The position numbers and the translations under genes are program-made. Shown in pieces: positions 1 to 10,143 of a stretch of DNA of 64,000 nt. Under the pieces are notes generated by a model that saw only the letters and a program-made list of their open reading frames with translations, was not told where the DNA came from and searched no databases. The stretch's first letter is position 1, and every line of letters begins with the position of its first letter. This DNA is from an uncultured Gemmatimonadales bacterium (lineage in GTDB: Bacteria > Gemmatimonadota > Gemmatimonadetes > Palauibacterales > Palauibacteraceae). The stretch is from positions 288,001-352,000 of the forward strand of contig CAWANJ010000002.1 of assembly GCA_963783385.1 (NCBI GenBank). Reading direction: 5' to 3'.

Positions 1-1864
1 TCGCTCGGTCCGCGAAGTGACCCCCCGCCGCCCGCTCCATGCGCTCGTAGAAGCCCTTCACCTGGGCGTTGCGTATGGAGCGCTCCACCTGGACCGAGAG
101 CTCGCGGAGCGGGATGGCCTGCGTGGTCAGCCGGAAGTCGGCCACGGTCAGGGCGCTCCGCTGCAGCGACAGCCGGGCCGTGTCGGAGGCATAGCCCAGG
201 TAGCGGGCCGTGACCCGCGCGGCACCCCCGGGGAGCCCATCGAGCCGGAAGTGGCCCGAGGCGCTGGTGGTGGCGCTCCTGTCCGTGCCCACGACCTGGA
301 GGACGGCGCCCTCGAGAGGCTTCCCGGAGGCGGCGGCGCGCACCGTGCCTATCAGCGTCCCGCCGCCCGAGGAGGAGCTGGCCGACGCGCCCGCCGAGTC
401 CCGGATACTCACCCCGGCCGCGGCCCGGAGGCGGCCCACCAGGGCCTCGGTCGCCTGGCCGGTCGGGGCTGCGCCGCGCGCGGGCTCGCCGACCAGCTCG
501 ATCACCTGGACGCCGTCGGCCGCCACCTCCACCGTGGCCGTCGCGCCCGCCGTGTCGGCGCCGACGCTGTCCGCGACCACGCGGTACCGCCCCGGCGTGA
601 CGCCCGGGAACAGGAACCGGCCCCGCGCGTTCGTCCGCGTGGCCAGCTCCGTGCCCTCGATGCGCACCCTCGCGTGTGACACCGGCTGCCCGCCGGCGCT
701 GTCCACAACCGTGCCCCCGATCTGGCCCTGGTGCGGCGCCACGGCGACGTGTTCGGACGTCTGCGCCCGGACGAGCTCGCCACCGAACTCCTGCCAGGTG
801 CCGACCTCGAACTCCACCTTCGTCTTGTAGAGGAGATCCGGGCTCGGGGAGCGGCCCGCCAGCTCGCGTCGCTCGACGACCGAGGGGAGCCGGATCCACC
901 AGCGATCCACCACCCATTCGCCGCCCGGCAGCGCCCGGTAGTCCAGCCGGCCGTGGGCGAGAGAGTCGGGGTAGGGCTCGCCGAGGTGCACGTAGCGGAA
1001 GGTCAGGGAGCGGAGGTGCGCGGTGGCGGTGTCCACCCACAGCGTGCCCTCGACCTCGGGAACCCGGCGATTCAGGGTCGGGGAGAAGGCCAGCCCGACC
1101 TGTCCCGGGGCCGAGTCGGGGCCCGGGACGAGCCGGAAGCAGTGGGTCGCGCCGAACGCGTCCGAGAGGAGCGCTGGGGCATCGGGGGCGTGGACGTCGA
1201 GACCGCCCCCCGGCACGGACGACGCGAACCCGCGTTGCACCAGGGTGTCGAGCGGCACGCTGCGGTAGGTGGCGCGGCCCACCTTCGAGCCCAATGTCGC
1301 AGCTTCCTTCACCACGCGCAGGTCCCGGTCCAGGAACCGATCGTAGCGCCGGAGCTGGAAGCGGTCGCCCTCCTGTTCCTCCGTCCGCCGCGTGCGCTCC
1401 AGCGCCTTGCGCACCTCGGACCACAGCGCCGCCAGCGCCGGCCCCTCCTCGGATCGGATCCGGCACTCGCCCCGGGAGCTCCCCTCCACGCGGATGGCGC
1501 CCAGCTCCACCGGCCGGACGGGCACCCGGAACACGCGGCGCAGAATGCCCGTCGACGGCACACCCACCGGCCGGGAGCGCCACGTCTCGAAGCCGATCCG
1601 CTCGACCTCGATCCGGTAGCGTCCCGGTGTCACCGAGTCCAGCTGGAATCCGCCATCGGGCCCGGAGAGAGTCCAGGCGCGCTCGACTTCGCCGGTGTCG
1701 ATGAGGCGGACCATCGCGCCCGAGATGGGCGCGCCGCCGCCGGCCTCGACGAGCTTTCCGACGACCCCCTGCGCGCGGGCGGGCACGGGCAGGGTGAGAC
1801 CCAGGAGCAGCGCGATGAACGCGAGCCCGGGACGAGGCGGACGCGCGCCGCGTGAATCCGACAT
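1..1864 (-). CDS. Secreted protein with multiple carboxypeptidase-regulatory-like domains (3' end runs off the window)
   Basis: Not in the ORF track because there is no stop inside the window. Manual minus-strand translation from ATG 1864 gives MSDSRGARPPRPGLAFIALLLGLTLPVPARAQGVVGKLVEAGGGAPISGAMVRL...SGPDGGFQLDSVTPGRYRIEVERIGF (signal peptide plus CarboxypepD_reg pattern). Near the left edge it reads ...LRELSVQVERSIRNAQVKGFYERMERAAGGHF. Confidence 0.8.
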   Translation of the reverse strand, partial: MSDSRGARPPRPGLAFIALLLGLTLPVPARAQGVVGKLVEAGGGAPISGAMVRLIDTGEVERAWTLSGPDGGFQLDSVTPGRYRIEVERIGFETWRSRPVGVPSTGILRRVFRVPVRPVELGAIRVEGSSRGECRIRSEEGPALAALWSEVRKALERTRRTEEQEGDRFQLRRYDRFLDRDLRVVKEAATLGSKVGRATYRSVPLDTLVQRGFASSVPGGGLDVHAPDAPALLSDAFGATHCFRLVPGPDSAPGQVGLAFSPTLNRRVPEVEGTLWVDTATAHLRSLTFRYVHLGEPYPDSLAHGRLDYRALPGGEWVVDRWWIRLPSVVERRELAGRSPSPDLLYKTKVEFEVGTWQEFGGELVRAQTSEHVAVAPHQGQIGGTVVDSAGGQPVSHARVRIEGTELATRTNARGRFLFPGVTPGRYRVVADSVGADTAGATATVEVAADGVQVIELVGEPARGAAPTGQATEALVGRLRAAAGVSIRDSAGASASSSSGGGTLIGTVRAAASGKPLEGAVLQVVGTDRSATTSASGHFRLDGLPGGAARVTARYLGYASDTARLSLQRSALTVADFRLTTQAIPLRELSVQVERSIRNAQVKGFYERMERAAGGHFADRA

Positions 1865-2031
1865 TGGATGAGGTCCTTGAAGCAGGGGCACCGGGCCACC
1901 CGTGCGAGGGTGCCCATCCCGCGCAGCTCAAACTGGAGACGTCCGGTCCCGACGGCCAGTCTCGAGCCATTGACGGGGCCGACGCGACCCCCGACCCTGA
2001 GAGAGGTGGGGACCGATAGCGAGGAGGGGAC

Positions 2032-2574
2032 ATGAGGTCCGCAGCCGGGGTGAAGATCCGGCCGGCCGCGCCGGTCGATGCCGGAGAGCTGGCCCGACTC
2101 CGTTTCGCCTTCCGTGCCGCGATCGACCCGGCATCCGAGGACCCGGACGCGTTCCGGGGACGGTGCGAGGCGTGGATGGCCGAGAGGCTCGGCGACTCGT
2201 CGACGGGCTGGAGGGCCTGGGTCGCGGAGGTCGGACCCGGCGCCGGCCCGGGGGCGGAGGCGTCCCCCGCCCGCCTGGTGGGCCACGTGTGGGTCCGGCG
2301 GCTCGAGAAGATCCCGAATCCCGTGGGCGAGGTCGAGGCGCACGCCTACTTGACCAACATGTACGTGGAGCCCGAGCACCGCGGCGCCGGGCTCGGCGCG
2401 AGGCTCCTGTCCGCCGCCCTCGCCTGGTGCCGCGAGCAGCGGGTGGGCTCGGTCGTGCTGTGGCCCACCGAGCGCAGCCGGCCGCTGTATGGCCGCGCCG
2501 GCTTCCGCGACACCGGGGATGTCCTCGAGCTGCCGCTGAACCCCGCGCACTGCGGCCGGGCCGGGGTGCCGTGA
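2032..2574 (+). CDS. GNAT family N-acetyltransferase
   Basis: Acetyl-CoA motif NMYVEPEHRGAGLG and C-terminal LYGRAGF; SD-like gagga upstream. Confidence 0.85.
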   Translation: MRSAAGVKIRPAAPVDAGELARLRFAFRAAIDPASEDPDAFRGRCEAWMAERLGDSSTGWRAWVAEVGPGAGPGAEASPARLVGHVWVRRLEKIPNPVGEVEAHAYLTNMYVEPEHRGAGLGARLLSAALAWCREQRVGSVVLWPTERSRPLYGRAGFRDTGDVLELPLNPAHCGRAGVP

Positions 2575-2663
2575 GCGGTCGGGGGAGCGCCGGAGCCGGC
2601 CGCGGTCGAGGGATGCACGGCGGCATGATGGGCGTCCGCGCGCCGAGCGCGGCGGAGGACTGA

Positions 2664-3910
2664 GTGGGAGCAGGCTCGTTGCCGGCCACCTCGAGAAGCC
2701 ACGACCGACGCTGGGCCCGGATCGGGATCGTGGTCCAGTTCCTGGCGCTGCTGCGGATCCTGGCCCAGTACCTGTGGCTCGAGGCTCACGGCGGAGGCGC
2801 GTTCACGGCGGCGGCCGGTCATCCGTGGGTGGTCGGAGCCCTCCTCACCTCGACGCTCGCCCTCGTGGCCGTGCTGCTCTACTTCGACGGCCGTTTCCGG
2901 GGCGCCGCGGTGGTGGCCGGTCTCACGGTGGTGATCCTGCTCGTGTATCGGTTCGCCGTGCCCGGCATCGCTTCCGCCGAAACGCTCCGGAGCGGAGCGT
3001 CGCCACGCGCGTCGGCCCTGGCCGACACGGCTCGAGGGATACGGAGCGTGGCCCTCACATTCGACGATCTGCCGTGGGCGGACGCGGAGGTGCCGCTGGA
3101 CAGCGTGGCCGAGTCGCACGCGCCGCTGCTCGCCGTCCTCCGGGCCATGGCGCCCCCGCCGTGGCGTTCGTGATCGGACGCCGCGCGCTGGCCGGCCGCT
3201 AGGCGGATCGGCGACTGGACCTCCTGCGGGCCTGGCGCGACGCGGGCGTGGAGCTCGGGAACCATACCTGGTCCCATCTCTCCTTCCAGAAGACGCCGCT
3301 GAACCGCTACGAGGACGACGTGCTGCGGGGTGACGTCATCCCGCGGCTGCTGATGCGGGAGGTGGGGAAGGAGCCGCGCTACTTCCGGCCGCCCTTCAAC
3401 CAGACGGGCCCGACGCGGGAGGCCCGGGACGCGTTCGCGGCCTTCCTGGCCGAGCGCGGCTACGCGCTGGCGCCATTCACGGTCGAGGACGTGGACTACG
3501 CGTTCGACGACCTGTACAGGGCCGCCGCCGGCGACACGGCGCGCCAGGCACGCATCGGGCGGACGTACATCGCCCACTTCGACACGGCCATGGCGTTCGG
3601 GGAGCGGCTCTCGCGGGAGACGTTCCACCGCGACATTCCTCAGGTTCTGCTGCTGCACGCCGACGACCTCAACGCCCTCTATCTCGAACGGTTCCTCGAT
3701 CACCTCGAGGCGCGCGGCTACCGGTTCATCTCCATGGCGGCCGCGCTCTCGGACCCGGCCTACGCGACGACCGACGGCTACGTGGGGCGGTACGGCATCT
3801 CGTGGCTCCATCGATGGAGACAGGGGCTCGGCCTTCCGAGTCGGCTGCGACTGGAGCCCGATCCGCCCGCCTGGGTCCTGCACGACTACCAGGCGTTGCA
3901 CCGGAAGTAG
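2664..3910 (+). pseudogene. Polysaccharide deacetylase (NodB/CE4) with an N-terminal membrane region; interrupted by a frameshift at ~3146 and an in-frame TAG at 3200-3202
   Basis: VALTFDDLP in the first frame. HGAPAVAFVIG...RAWRDAGVELGNHTWSH, YFRPPF and LLLHAD follow in the next frame. May be an intact gene with sequence errors. Confidence 0.75.
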
Positions 3911-3956
3911 CGAGGTGTCGGGCCATCGACGACCGGGGCCGCATCGCGGGCTCACG

Positions 3957-3991
3957 TTGACAAAAATCCAGGTGAACCGGTAGGATCCGGT
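3957..3991 (+). promoter_or_regulatory. Sigma70-type promoter for the DUF4242 gene, with an inverted repeat flanking the -10
   Basis: TTGACA (3957-3962)-N18-TAGGAT (3981-3986); ACCGG and CCGGT bracket the -10. Confidence 0.55.
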
Positions 3992-4062
3992 CCTCTTTCG
4001 GCCGCCCCTCCGGGTACTCCGGCAGGGACTGCGGCCGCCCAACACATGTACGGGAGGCCATC

Positions 4063-4338
4063 ATGCCGCGGTTCATCATCGAGCGTGAGATTCCGGGCGC
4101 CGGGAAGCTGTCCCCGGAGGAGCTCCAGGGCATCTCCCAGACCTCGTGCAACGTCCTGCGATCCATGGGTCCGGAGATCCAGTGGGTCCAGAGCTACGTG
4201 ACCGGAGACAAGATCTACTGCGTCTACCTCTCACCGGACGAGGAGACGATTCGCGAGCACGCGCGGCAGGGAGGATTTCCCGCCAACCGCGTGTCCAGGG
4301 TCAGCACCATCATCGATCCGACGACCGCGGAGGGCTGA
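4063..4338 (+). CDS. DUF4242 domain protein (SCO4226-like)
   Basis: MPRFIIEREIPGAGKLS...IQWVQSYVTGDKIYCVY...REHARQGGFPANRVS is the typical family sequence; ggagg SD. Confidence 0.85.
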   Translation: MPRFIIEREIPGAGKLSPEELQGISQTSCNVLRSMGPEIQWVQSYVTGDKIYCVYLSPDEETIREHARQGGFPANRVSRVSTIIDPTTAEG

Positions 4339-4362
4339 GGCCGGGGAGGGCGGCGGCCGGCC

Positions 4363-5085
4363 TCAGCGGGAGGAGGGCTCCGGGTCCGTCTTCCACGGCG
4401 CCGGCCGGTCCCGCCAGAGATCGGGGAAGTCGCGGCGCAGCGCCCCGACCTTGGGAAGGTCGTTGAACGCGATGTAGGGCTGGTCGGGGTGGTGCAGCAG
4501 GTAATCCTGGTGGTACGTCTCGGCCGGATAGAAGCCGGGAAGCGGCTGGACCTCGGTCACGATGGGGCGGAGGAAGGCGTGGGCCCGGGTGAGCTGCGCG
4601 ATGTAGGCTCGGGCCTCGGTCGCCTGCCGGTCGCCGGTCGTCCAGATGGCCGAGCGGTACTGGGGCCCCACGTCGGGGCCCTGCCGGTTCTTCTCGGTGG
4701 GATCGTGCACGACCGAGAAGAACAGCCGCAGGAGGGTCCCGAAGGAGACCCGTGACGGGTCGTAGATGACCCGCACCGACTCCGCCTGCTTCGTGCGCCC
4801 CGTGCTGGTCTGGGCATAGGTGGCCGTGGCGGCCGTGCCACCCGCGTAGCCCGCCGTCGCCACCTCGACCCCCTTCACGCGCTGGTAGACGGCCTGGACG
4901 CCCCAGAAGCAGCCGCCGGAGAACACGACCGTGTCCGGCCCGGTGGCGGTGACGGCGGCCGTGTCGACCGGCGCCGGAAGGGACGGGGGCGCCGCGCTCT
5001 CCCCGGCCGCGCGCGAGCCCCACACGGCCGAGGCAGCGATCGCGGCCGCGAGAATCGTGGCTCCGCTCCACGGCATTCGCTTCAT
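4363..5085 (-). CDS. msrA: Peptide-methionine (S)-S-oxide reductase with signal peptide
   Basis: GGCFWG catalytic motif, QGPDVGPQYRSAI and FYPAETYHQDY; hydrophobic N-terminal signal. Confidence 0.92.
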   Translation of the reverse strand: MKRMPWSGATILAAAIAASAVWGSRAAGESAAPPSLPAPVDTAAVTATGPDTVVFSGGCFWGVQAVYQRVKGVEVATAGYAGGTAATATYAQTSTGRTKQAESVRVIYDPSRVSFGTLLRLFFSVVHDPTEKNRQGPDVGPQYRSAIWTTGDRQATEARAYIAQLTRAHAFLRPIVTEVQPLPGFYPAETYHQDYLLHHPDQPYIAFNDLPKVGALRRDFPDLWRDRPAPWKTDPEPSSR

Positions 5086-5399
5086 CCCTGGCGTCTCCTT
5101 TCAGCCACGTCACGGGTGCCCGGAACCACCGGGCGGTCCTCGCACCCGGACGCCTGCGTGTCTCCCGTTGGTTATCCTTCCTACACTCCTGCAAGGGGCG
5201 CGCTCCGCTTCCGGTTCCCTCGTCGACTACCAGCTGGAATGCGGTGCGTCGAGGCCAGGCGGAGCTATGGGACGTGAAGGAGTCGAACGGACGCTTGTGC
5301 CGTTCGGATCTCGCGTGTAGTGTCGGCCGCGGGCCCGATCGGAGGTCGGTCGCGGTCCACGAGTGGCCTCGTGACTCTTCTCCTGGCAGGAGTGATCGC

Positions 5400-8300
5400 A
5401 TGCCCCGGCTTCGGCCGTCCGCCCTGTGCCTCGTCCTCGCGCTCGCGCTGTCCGCCGGCCCCCTGACCGCTCAGGACGCGTCCTCTCCCACACGACTCCT
5501 GCACCAGCCGGACGTGAGCGCCACCTCCGTCGCGTTCGCGTACGCCGGGGACATCTGGATCGTGCCCCGGTCCGGCGGCGACGCGCGGCGCGTCACCTCC
5601 TCGCCGACCGTCGACGCGGACCCCCACTTCTCGCCCGACGGCAAATGGCTGGCCTTCACGGGATCCTACGGGGGCAACCCGGACGTGTACGTGGTCCCGG
5701 TCGACGGAGGCGAGCCGCGGCGGCTGACCTGGCACCCCGGCGCCGACCAGGTGCGCGGGTGGACACCGGACGGCCAGCGCGTGGTGTTCGTCTCGACCCG
5801 CACCGGCGTCCCCGACGCCGAGCCCAAGCTGTGGACCGTGGCCACGACGGGCGGGCTTCCGGAGCCCATGGTCATCCCAAGGGCCCAGGCCGGCTCCATC
5901 TCTCCCGACGGCAAGTACGCCGCCTACCAGATGGTGCGTCCCTGGGAGAGCGAGATGCAGAACTACCGGGGCGGTCAGAACCAGCCGATCCGCATCCTGG
6001 ACCTGGCCAGCTACGCCCTGAAGAAGGTCCCTTGGACGAACAGCCGGGACCAGCAGCCCGTGTGGCAGGGCAAGACCATCTACTTCATCTCGGACCGCGA
6101 CTGGACCAACAACGTGTGGTCCTACGACACCGGGACAGGCGCCCTGAAGCAGATCACCCGCTACTCCGACTTCGAGGTGGAGAGCGTCAACACGGGCGGC
6201 GGCGCCGTCGTCTACGCCCAGGCCGGCGACATCCACCTGTACGACCCCTCCACGGGGCAGGACCGGAAGCTGGACGTTCACGTGACCGGCGACTTCCCGT
6301 GGGCCATGCCGCACGCCGTGGACGTGTCGGGGGACCTCACGAACCCGCAGCTCTCGCCCACGGGCGTGCGCGCCCTGTTCGAGGGGCGCGGGGACGTGTT
6401 CACGGTGCCCACGAAGGAGGGCACCTGGAGGGACCTGACCCGCTCCTCCGGCGCGGCGGACCGCTCGCCGGTGTGGTCGCCGGACGGGAAGCGGATCGCC
6501 TGGTTCAGCGACGCCTCCGGCGAGTACCGCCTCATGGTGGGCAGCCAGGACGGGACGGGCGTCGTCAAGGCCTACCCGATCCCGCATCCCAGCTACTTCT
6601 ACGACCCGGCCTGGTCGCCCGACGGCACCAGGATCCTGTTCAGCGACGCGGAGATGAACCTGCGCTACCTGGACCTCGAGACCGGCAAGACCACGCAGGT
6701 CGACCAGGGCAACTACACCTGGCCCAACCGCGACATGGCGCCGATCTGGTCGCCCGACTCGCGCTGGATCGCCTACCAGAAGCGGCTGCCGGGCTCGCAG
6801 TTCCACGCCATCTTCGTGTACTCGTTGGCCGACGGGCAGGCTCACCAGGTCACCGACGGGATGTCCGAGGCCATCGACCCGGCATGGGACGCGAGCGGGA
6901 AGTACCTGCTCTTCCTGGCCTCGACGGACTTCGCCCTCAACACGGGCTGGCTGGACATGAGCTCCTACGACCGGCCCGTGCACCGCGGCATCTACCTGGC
7001 CGTGCTCCCCTCGGGCGTGCCCTCGCCCCTCCTCCCGGAGACGGGGGACGAGCCCGGGTCCGGCACCTCGAACGGGAACGGCGAGAAGGGTGGAAAGGCG
7101 GCCGCGGACACGGCGGCCCCGCACGTCACCATCGACTTCGACGGCCTGTCGCAGCGCATCGTGGCCCTGGACGTCCCCAGCCGGGAATACGGCGTGCTCC
7201 GGGCCGGCAAGGCGGGACAGTTCTTCTACCTGGAGCGCGTCCCGAACCACGCCGACATCCTGCACCGCTACGACCTGAAGGAGAAGAAGGCGGTCGACTT
7301 CGTGGAGGCGGCCGCGCCGGAATACGCCCTCTCCCGGGACGGGAAGAAGCTCCTGTACGAGGGGGCGAACGGCGAGGGGCGTCCCAGCCACCACTGGTCC
7401 GTGGTCGAGGCCGACGGCGCGCCACCGGCGGCGGGCAAGGGCGCCCTGGCCACGTCGGGGCTCAAGATGGACCTGGACCCGACGGCCGAGTGGAAGCAGA
7501 TCTTCGACGAGGCGTGGCGCATCGAGCGCGACTACCTGTACGTGGCCAACATGAACGGCGCGGACTGGCCGGCCATCAAGACCAAGTACGCCGTGCTCCT
7601 CCCCTACGTGCGTCACCGCGCCGACCTCAGCCAGCTCCTGGACGAGATGCAGGGCGAGCTGTCGATCGCGCACAGCTTCGTGGGCGGCGGCGACCTGCCG
7701 AAGGCGGACGCCGAGCCGGCCGGGCTCCTCGGGGCGGACCTCGCGGTCGACCACGGGCGCTACCGCATCCAGAAGATCTACACGGGCGAGAACTGGAACC
7801 CCGACCTCCGGGCCCCGCTCTCCGCGCCCGGCGTGGACGTGCAAGCAGGGCGACTACATCCTGGCGGTGAACGGCCACGACGCTGCAGGCGCCCGAGAGC
7901 CCGTACGCGCCCTTCGTGGGCACCGTGGGCCGGCAGGTGCAGCTCCGGGTGAACGACCGTCCGACCGAGGAGGGCTCGCGCCTGGTCACCGTCGTGCCGG
8001 TGGCCAGCGAGGCGGCGCTGCGCACGCGCGACTGGATCGAGTCGAACCGCCGGAAGGTGGACAGCCTCTCGAACGGCAAGCTCGCGTACGTCTACGTTCC
8101 CAACACCGGGCGGGGCGGCTACACGAGCTTCAACCGCTACTACTTCTCCCAGCAGGAGAAGAAGGGCGCGGTCATCGACGAGCGCTTCAACCACGGCGGC
8201 AGCATCGCCGACTACATGGTCGACATCATGAGCCGCAAGCTGCACGGCTACTTCAGCCAGCGGCTCGGGAACCGCTACGACGCCGTGACCGCGCCGGCGG

Positions 8301-8722
8301 CGGCCATCTGGGGGCCGAAGGTGCTCCTCATCAACGAGATGAGCGGCTCCGGCGGGGACATGTTCCCGTACATGTTCAAGCAGATGGGCATCGGTCCCCT
8401 GATCGGGACGAAGACCTGGGGCGGCCTGGTGGGGTGGGGCGGAGAGCCACGCTTCGTGGACGGCGGCTTCATCTCGGCGCCGAGCACCGGCTTCTACGAC
8501 CCGCAGGGCCACTGGGCGGTCGAGAACGAGGGCGTCGCGCCCGATATCGAGGTGGAGCAGACGCCGGCGCAGCTCATCGCGGGTCACGACCCGCAGCTCG
8601 AGCGCGGCGTGGCCGAGGCGATGAAGCGGCTGCAGGAGCACCCGTTCGAGCGCAAGCCCGTGCCGCCGGGGCCCGATCGGGCCCACCCGCAGAAGGGCGG
8701 GGCGGGCGGCGGAGGACGCTAG
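5400..8722 (+). CDS. Tricorn protease homolog (S41; beta-propellers, PDZ), with two apparent +1 indels at ~7848 and ~7882
   Basis: Signal peptide from ATG 5400, PD40 repeats (FSPDGK, WSPDG), EWKQIFDEAWR and IDERFNHGG...NEMSGSGGDMFP...IGTKTWGG. Removing two bases gives a continuous DVQAGDYILAVNGHDLQAPESPY. Confidence 0.88.
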
Positions 8723-8744
8723 CCGCCGGGCCGGCCGAGCGAGC

Positions 8745-8773
8745 AGGGCCCCGCGCGGGACGCGCGGGGCCCT
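8745..8773. terminator. 13-bp GC stem-loop after the tricorn gene (no U tract)
   Basis: agggccccgcgcg-gga-cgcgcggggccct perfect inverted repeat. Confidence 0.45.
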
Positions 8774-8809
8774 CGAGCCGGACGACGCGACCTCGAGCAG
8801 GAGGAGACC

Positions 8810-9316
8810 ATGGCGAGCTCGTCCGAGGTGAACTTCGTACGGCAACAGGGCTTCCGTGAGGCCGCGGCGCCATCGTGCGGTCTCCACTACCGGGCTCTGG
8901 TGTTCCAGCCGCGGATCGTCGGGGTGGTGCTGGCCGCCGCGGTCGTCCTGCAGGCGTGGTACCTGTTCCTCCCGCTCGGGGCGCTCCTGTGGTGGAACGC
9001 TGTCGCCCCCGAGGCCAACCCGTTCGATGCGGCCTACAACCTCCTGCTCGCCGGGCGTGGCGGTCGGCTGCGGCTGGAGCCAGCCCCGCCCCCGCGCCGC
9101 TTCGCCCAGGGCATGGCCGGCAGCCTCATGATCGCGATCGGACTCGCCCTCCTCGCGGGCGCGACCGTGCTGGCCTGGGTGCTGGAGGCGTTCGTGGTCG
9201 CGGCCTTCAGCGCCCTCGTTTTCGGCAAGTTCTGCCTGGGCTCCTACATCTTCTACTGGATGCGCGGCGAGGGTGAGTTCGCCAACCGCACGCTTCCCTG
9301 GTCGAAGGAGAGGTGA
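8810..9316 (+). CDS. DUF4395 family membrane protein
   Basis: Hydrophobic helices with NPFD, PPRRFAQG and FGKFCLG motifs; ggagga SD. Confidence 0.7.
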   Translation: MASSSEVNFVRQQGFREAAAPSCGLHYRALVFQPRIVGVVLAAAVVLQAWYLFLPLGALLWWNAVAPEANPFDAAYNLLLAGRGGRLRLEPAPPPRRFAQGMAGSLMIAIGLALLAGATVLAWVLEAFVVAAFSALVFGKFCLGSYIFYWMRGEGEFANRTLPWSKER

Positions 9317-10062
9317 TTCGCGTGGACGATAGCGCCGCCCGTCCGGCTCCCGACCCCGTGCGCCGACAGGTCCGGCTCCTGACGGCCTACGCGGTCCTGT
9401 CCACGGCCGCCATCCTCGTCCTCCTGTGGGCGACCTTCCTGCGGCCGACGACGACGAGCTTCGGGCACATCCGCGCGCAGCGGGTGGACGTCGTGGAGCC
9501 CGATGGTCGCCTGGCCCTGGTCCTCTCGGACGAGGCGCGCATGCCGGGCCCGATCCTGAACGGTCGCGAGGTCCAGCCGCGCCACGGCGCGGCCGGCCTC
9601 CTGTTCTTCAACGCGAACGGGGACGAGACGGGGGGACTCGTGTACGGCGACTCCCGCGGAGACTCGGCCCGGGAGCACGAGGTGCACATGTCGTTCGACC
9701 AGTACGAGGACGACCAGGTCCTGATTCTGGACCACATCCAGAGGGGAGACCGGGTGGCCACCGGGATCCGGGTCATGGACCGGCGGGCGCCCTTCACCCT
9801 GGCGAAGATGGTGGAGATGCAGCGGCTGTCGAAGGAGGGCACGGCCGATCAGCAGCAGGAGGCGAAGCGCTGGCTGGCGGAACACGGGAAGGAGTATCGC
9901 GCGGCCAACCGGGTCGTCCTCGGGAGCTACGGTCGCTCCGCCCTCCTGCAGCTCAACGACACCGAGGGCCGTCCCCGCATCCGCATGGTCGTGGACTCGA
10001 CGGACGCCGTGCGCCTCGAGTTCCTGGACGCGAGCGGGAAGGTCGTGCGGCGGTTGCCCTGA
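9313..10062 (+). CDS. Conserved hypothetical protein with an N-terminal membrane anchor
   Basis: GTGA overlap with the upstream gene, one TM helix, coding-like composition (RVDVVEPDGRLALVLS, GLLFFNANGDETGGL). Confidence 0.65.
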   Translation: MIRVDDSAARPAPDPVRRQVRLLTAYAVLSTAAILVLLWATFLRPTTTSFGHIRAQRVDVVEPDGRLALVLSDEARMPGPILNGREVQPRHGAAGLLFFNANGDETGGLVYGDSRGDSAREHEVHMSFDQYEDDQVLILDHIQRGDRVATGIRVMDRRAPFTLAKMVEMQRLSKEGTADQQQEAKRWLAEHGKEYRAANRVVLGSYGRSALLQLNDTEGRPRIRMVVDSTDAVRLEFLDASGKVVRRLP

Positions 10063-10067
10063 GCGAC

Positions 10068-10087
10068 GAGGGCGGCCGACCGCCCTC
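10068..10087. terminator. Stem-loop between convergent genes
   Basis: gagggcgg-ccga-ccgccctc inverted repeat just after the stop at 10062. Confidence 0.4.
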
Positions 10088-10143
10088 CGTCCGAATGGTT
10101 TCGAGGCCGACGGGCGGTCGATGGTGCGCCCCGGGAGCGGACC

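Noticed and set aside
3200-3202. Possible TAG recoding (pyrrolysine or alternative genetic code)
   Set aside because: TAG is the normal terminator of many genes here (asnS, gltA, zntA, purC, amidase), no pyl genes are seen, and the same gene also has a frameshift.
5189-5205. Sigma54-like site upstream of msrA
   Set aside because: TTGCA is present on the minus strand, but the invariant GG at -24 reads AG.
7845-7885. Programmed ribosomal frameshifting in tricorn, M16, S9, purS, trpA or truA
   Set aside because: There are no slippery heptamers or consistent stimulatory structures, and these families are not known to be recoded. Assembly error is the simpler explanation.
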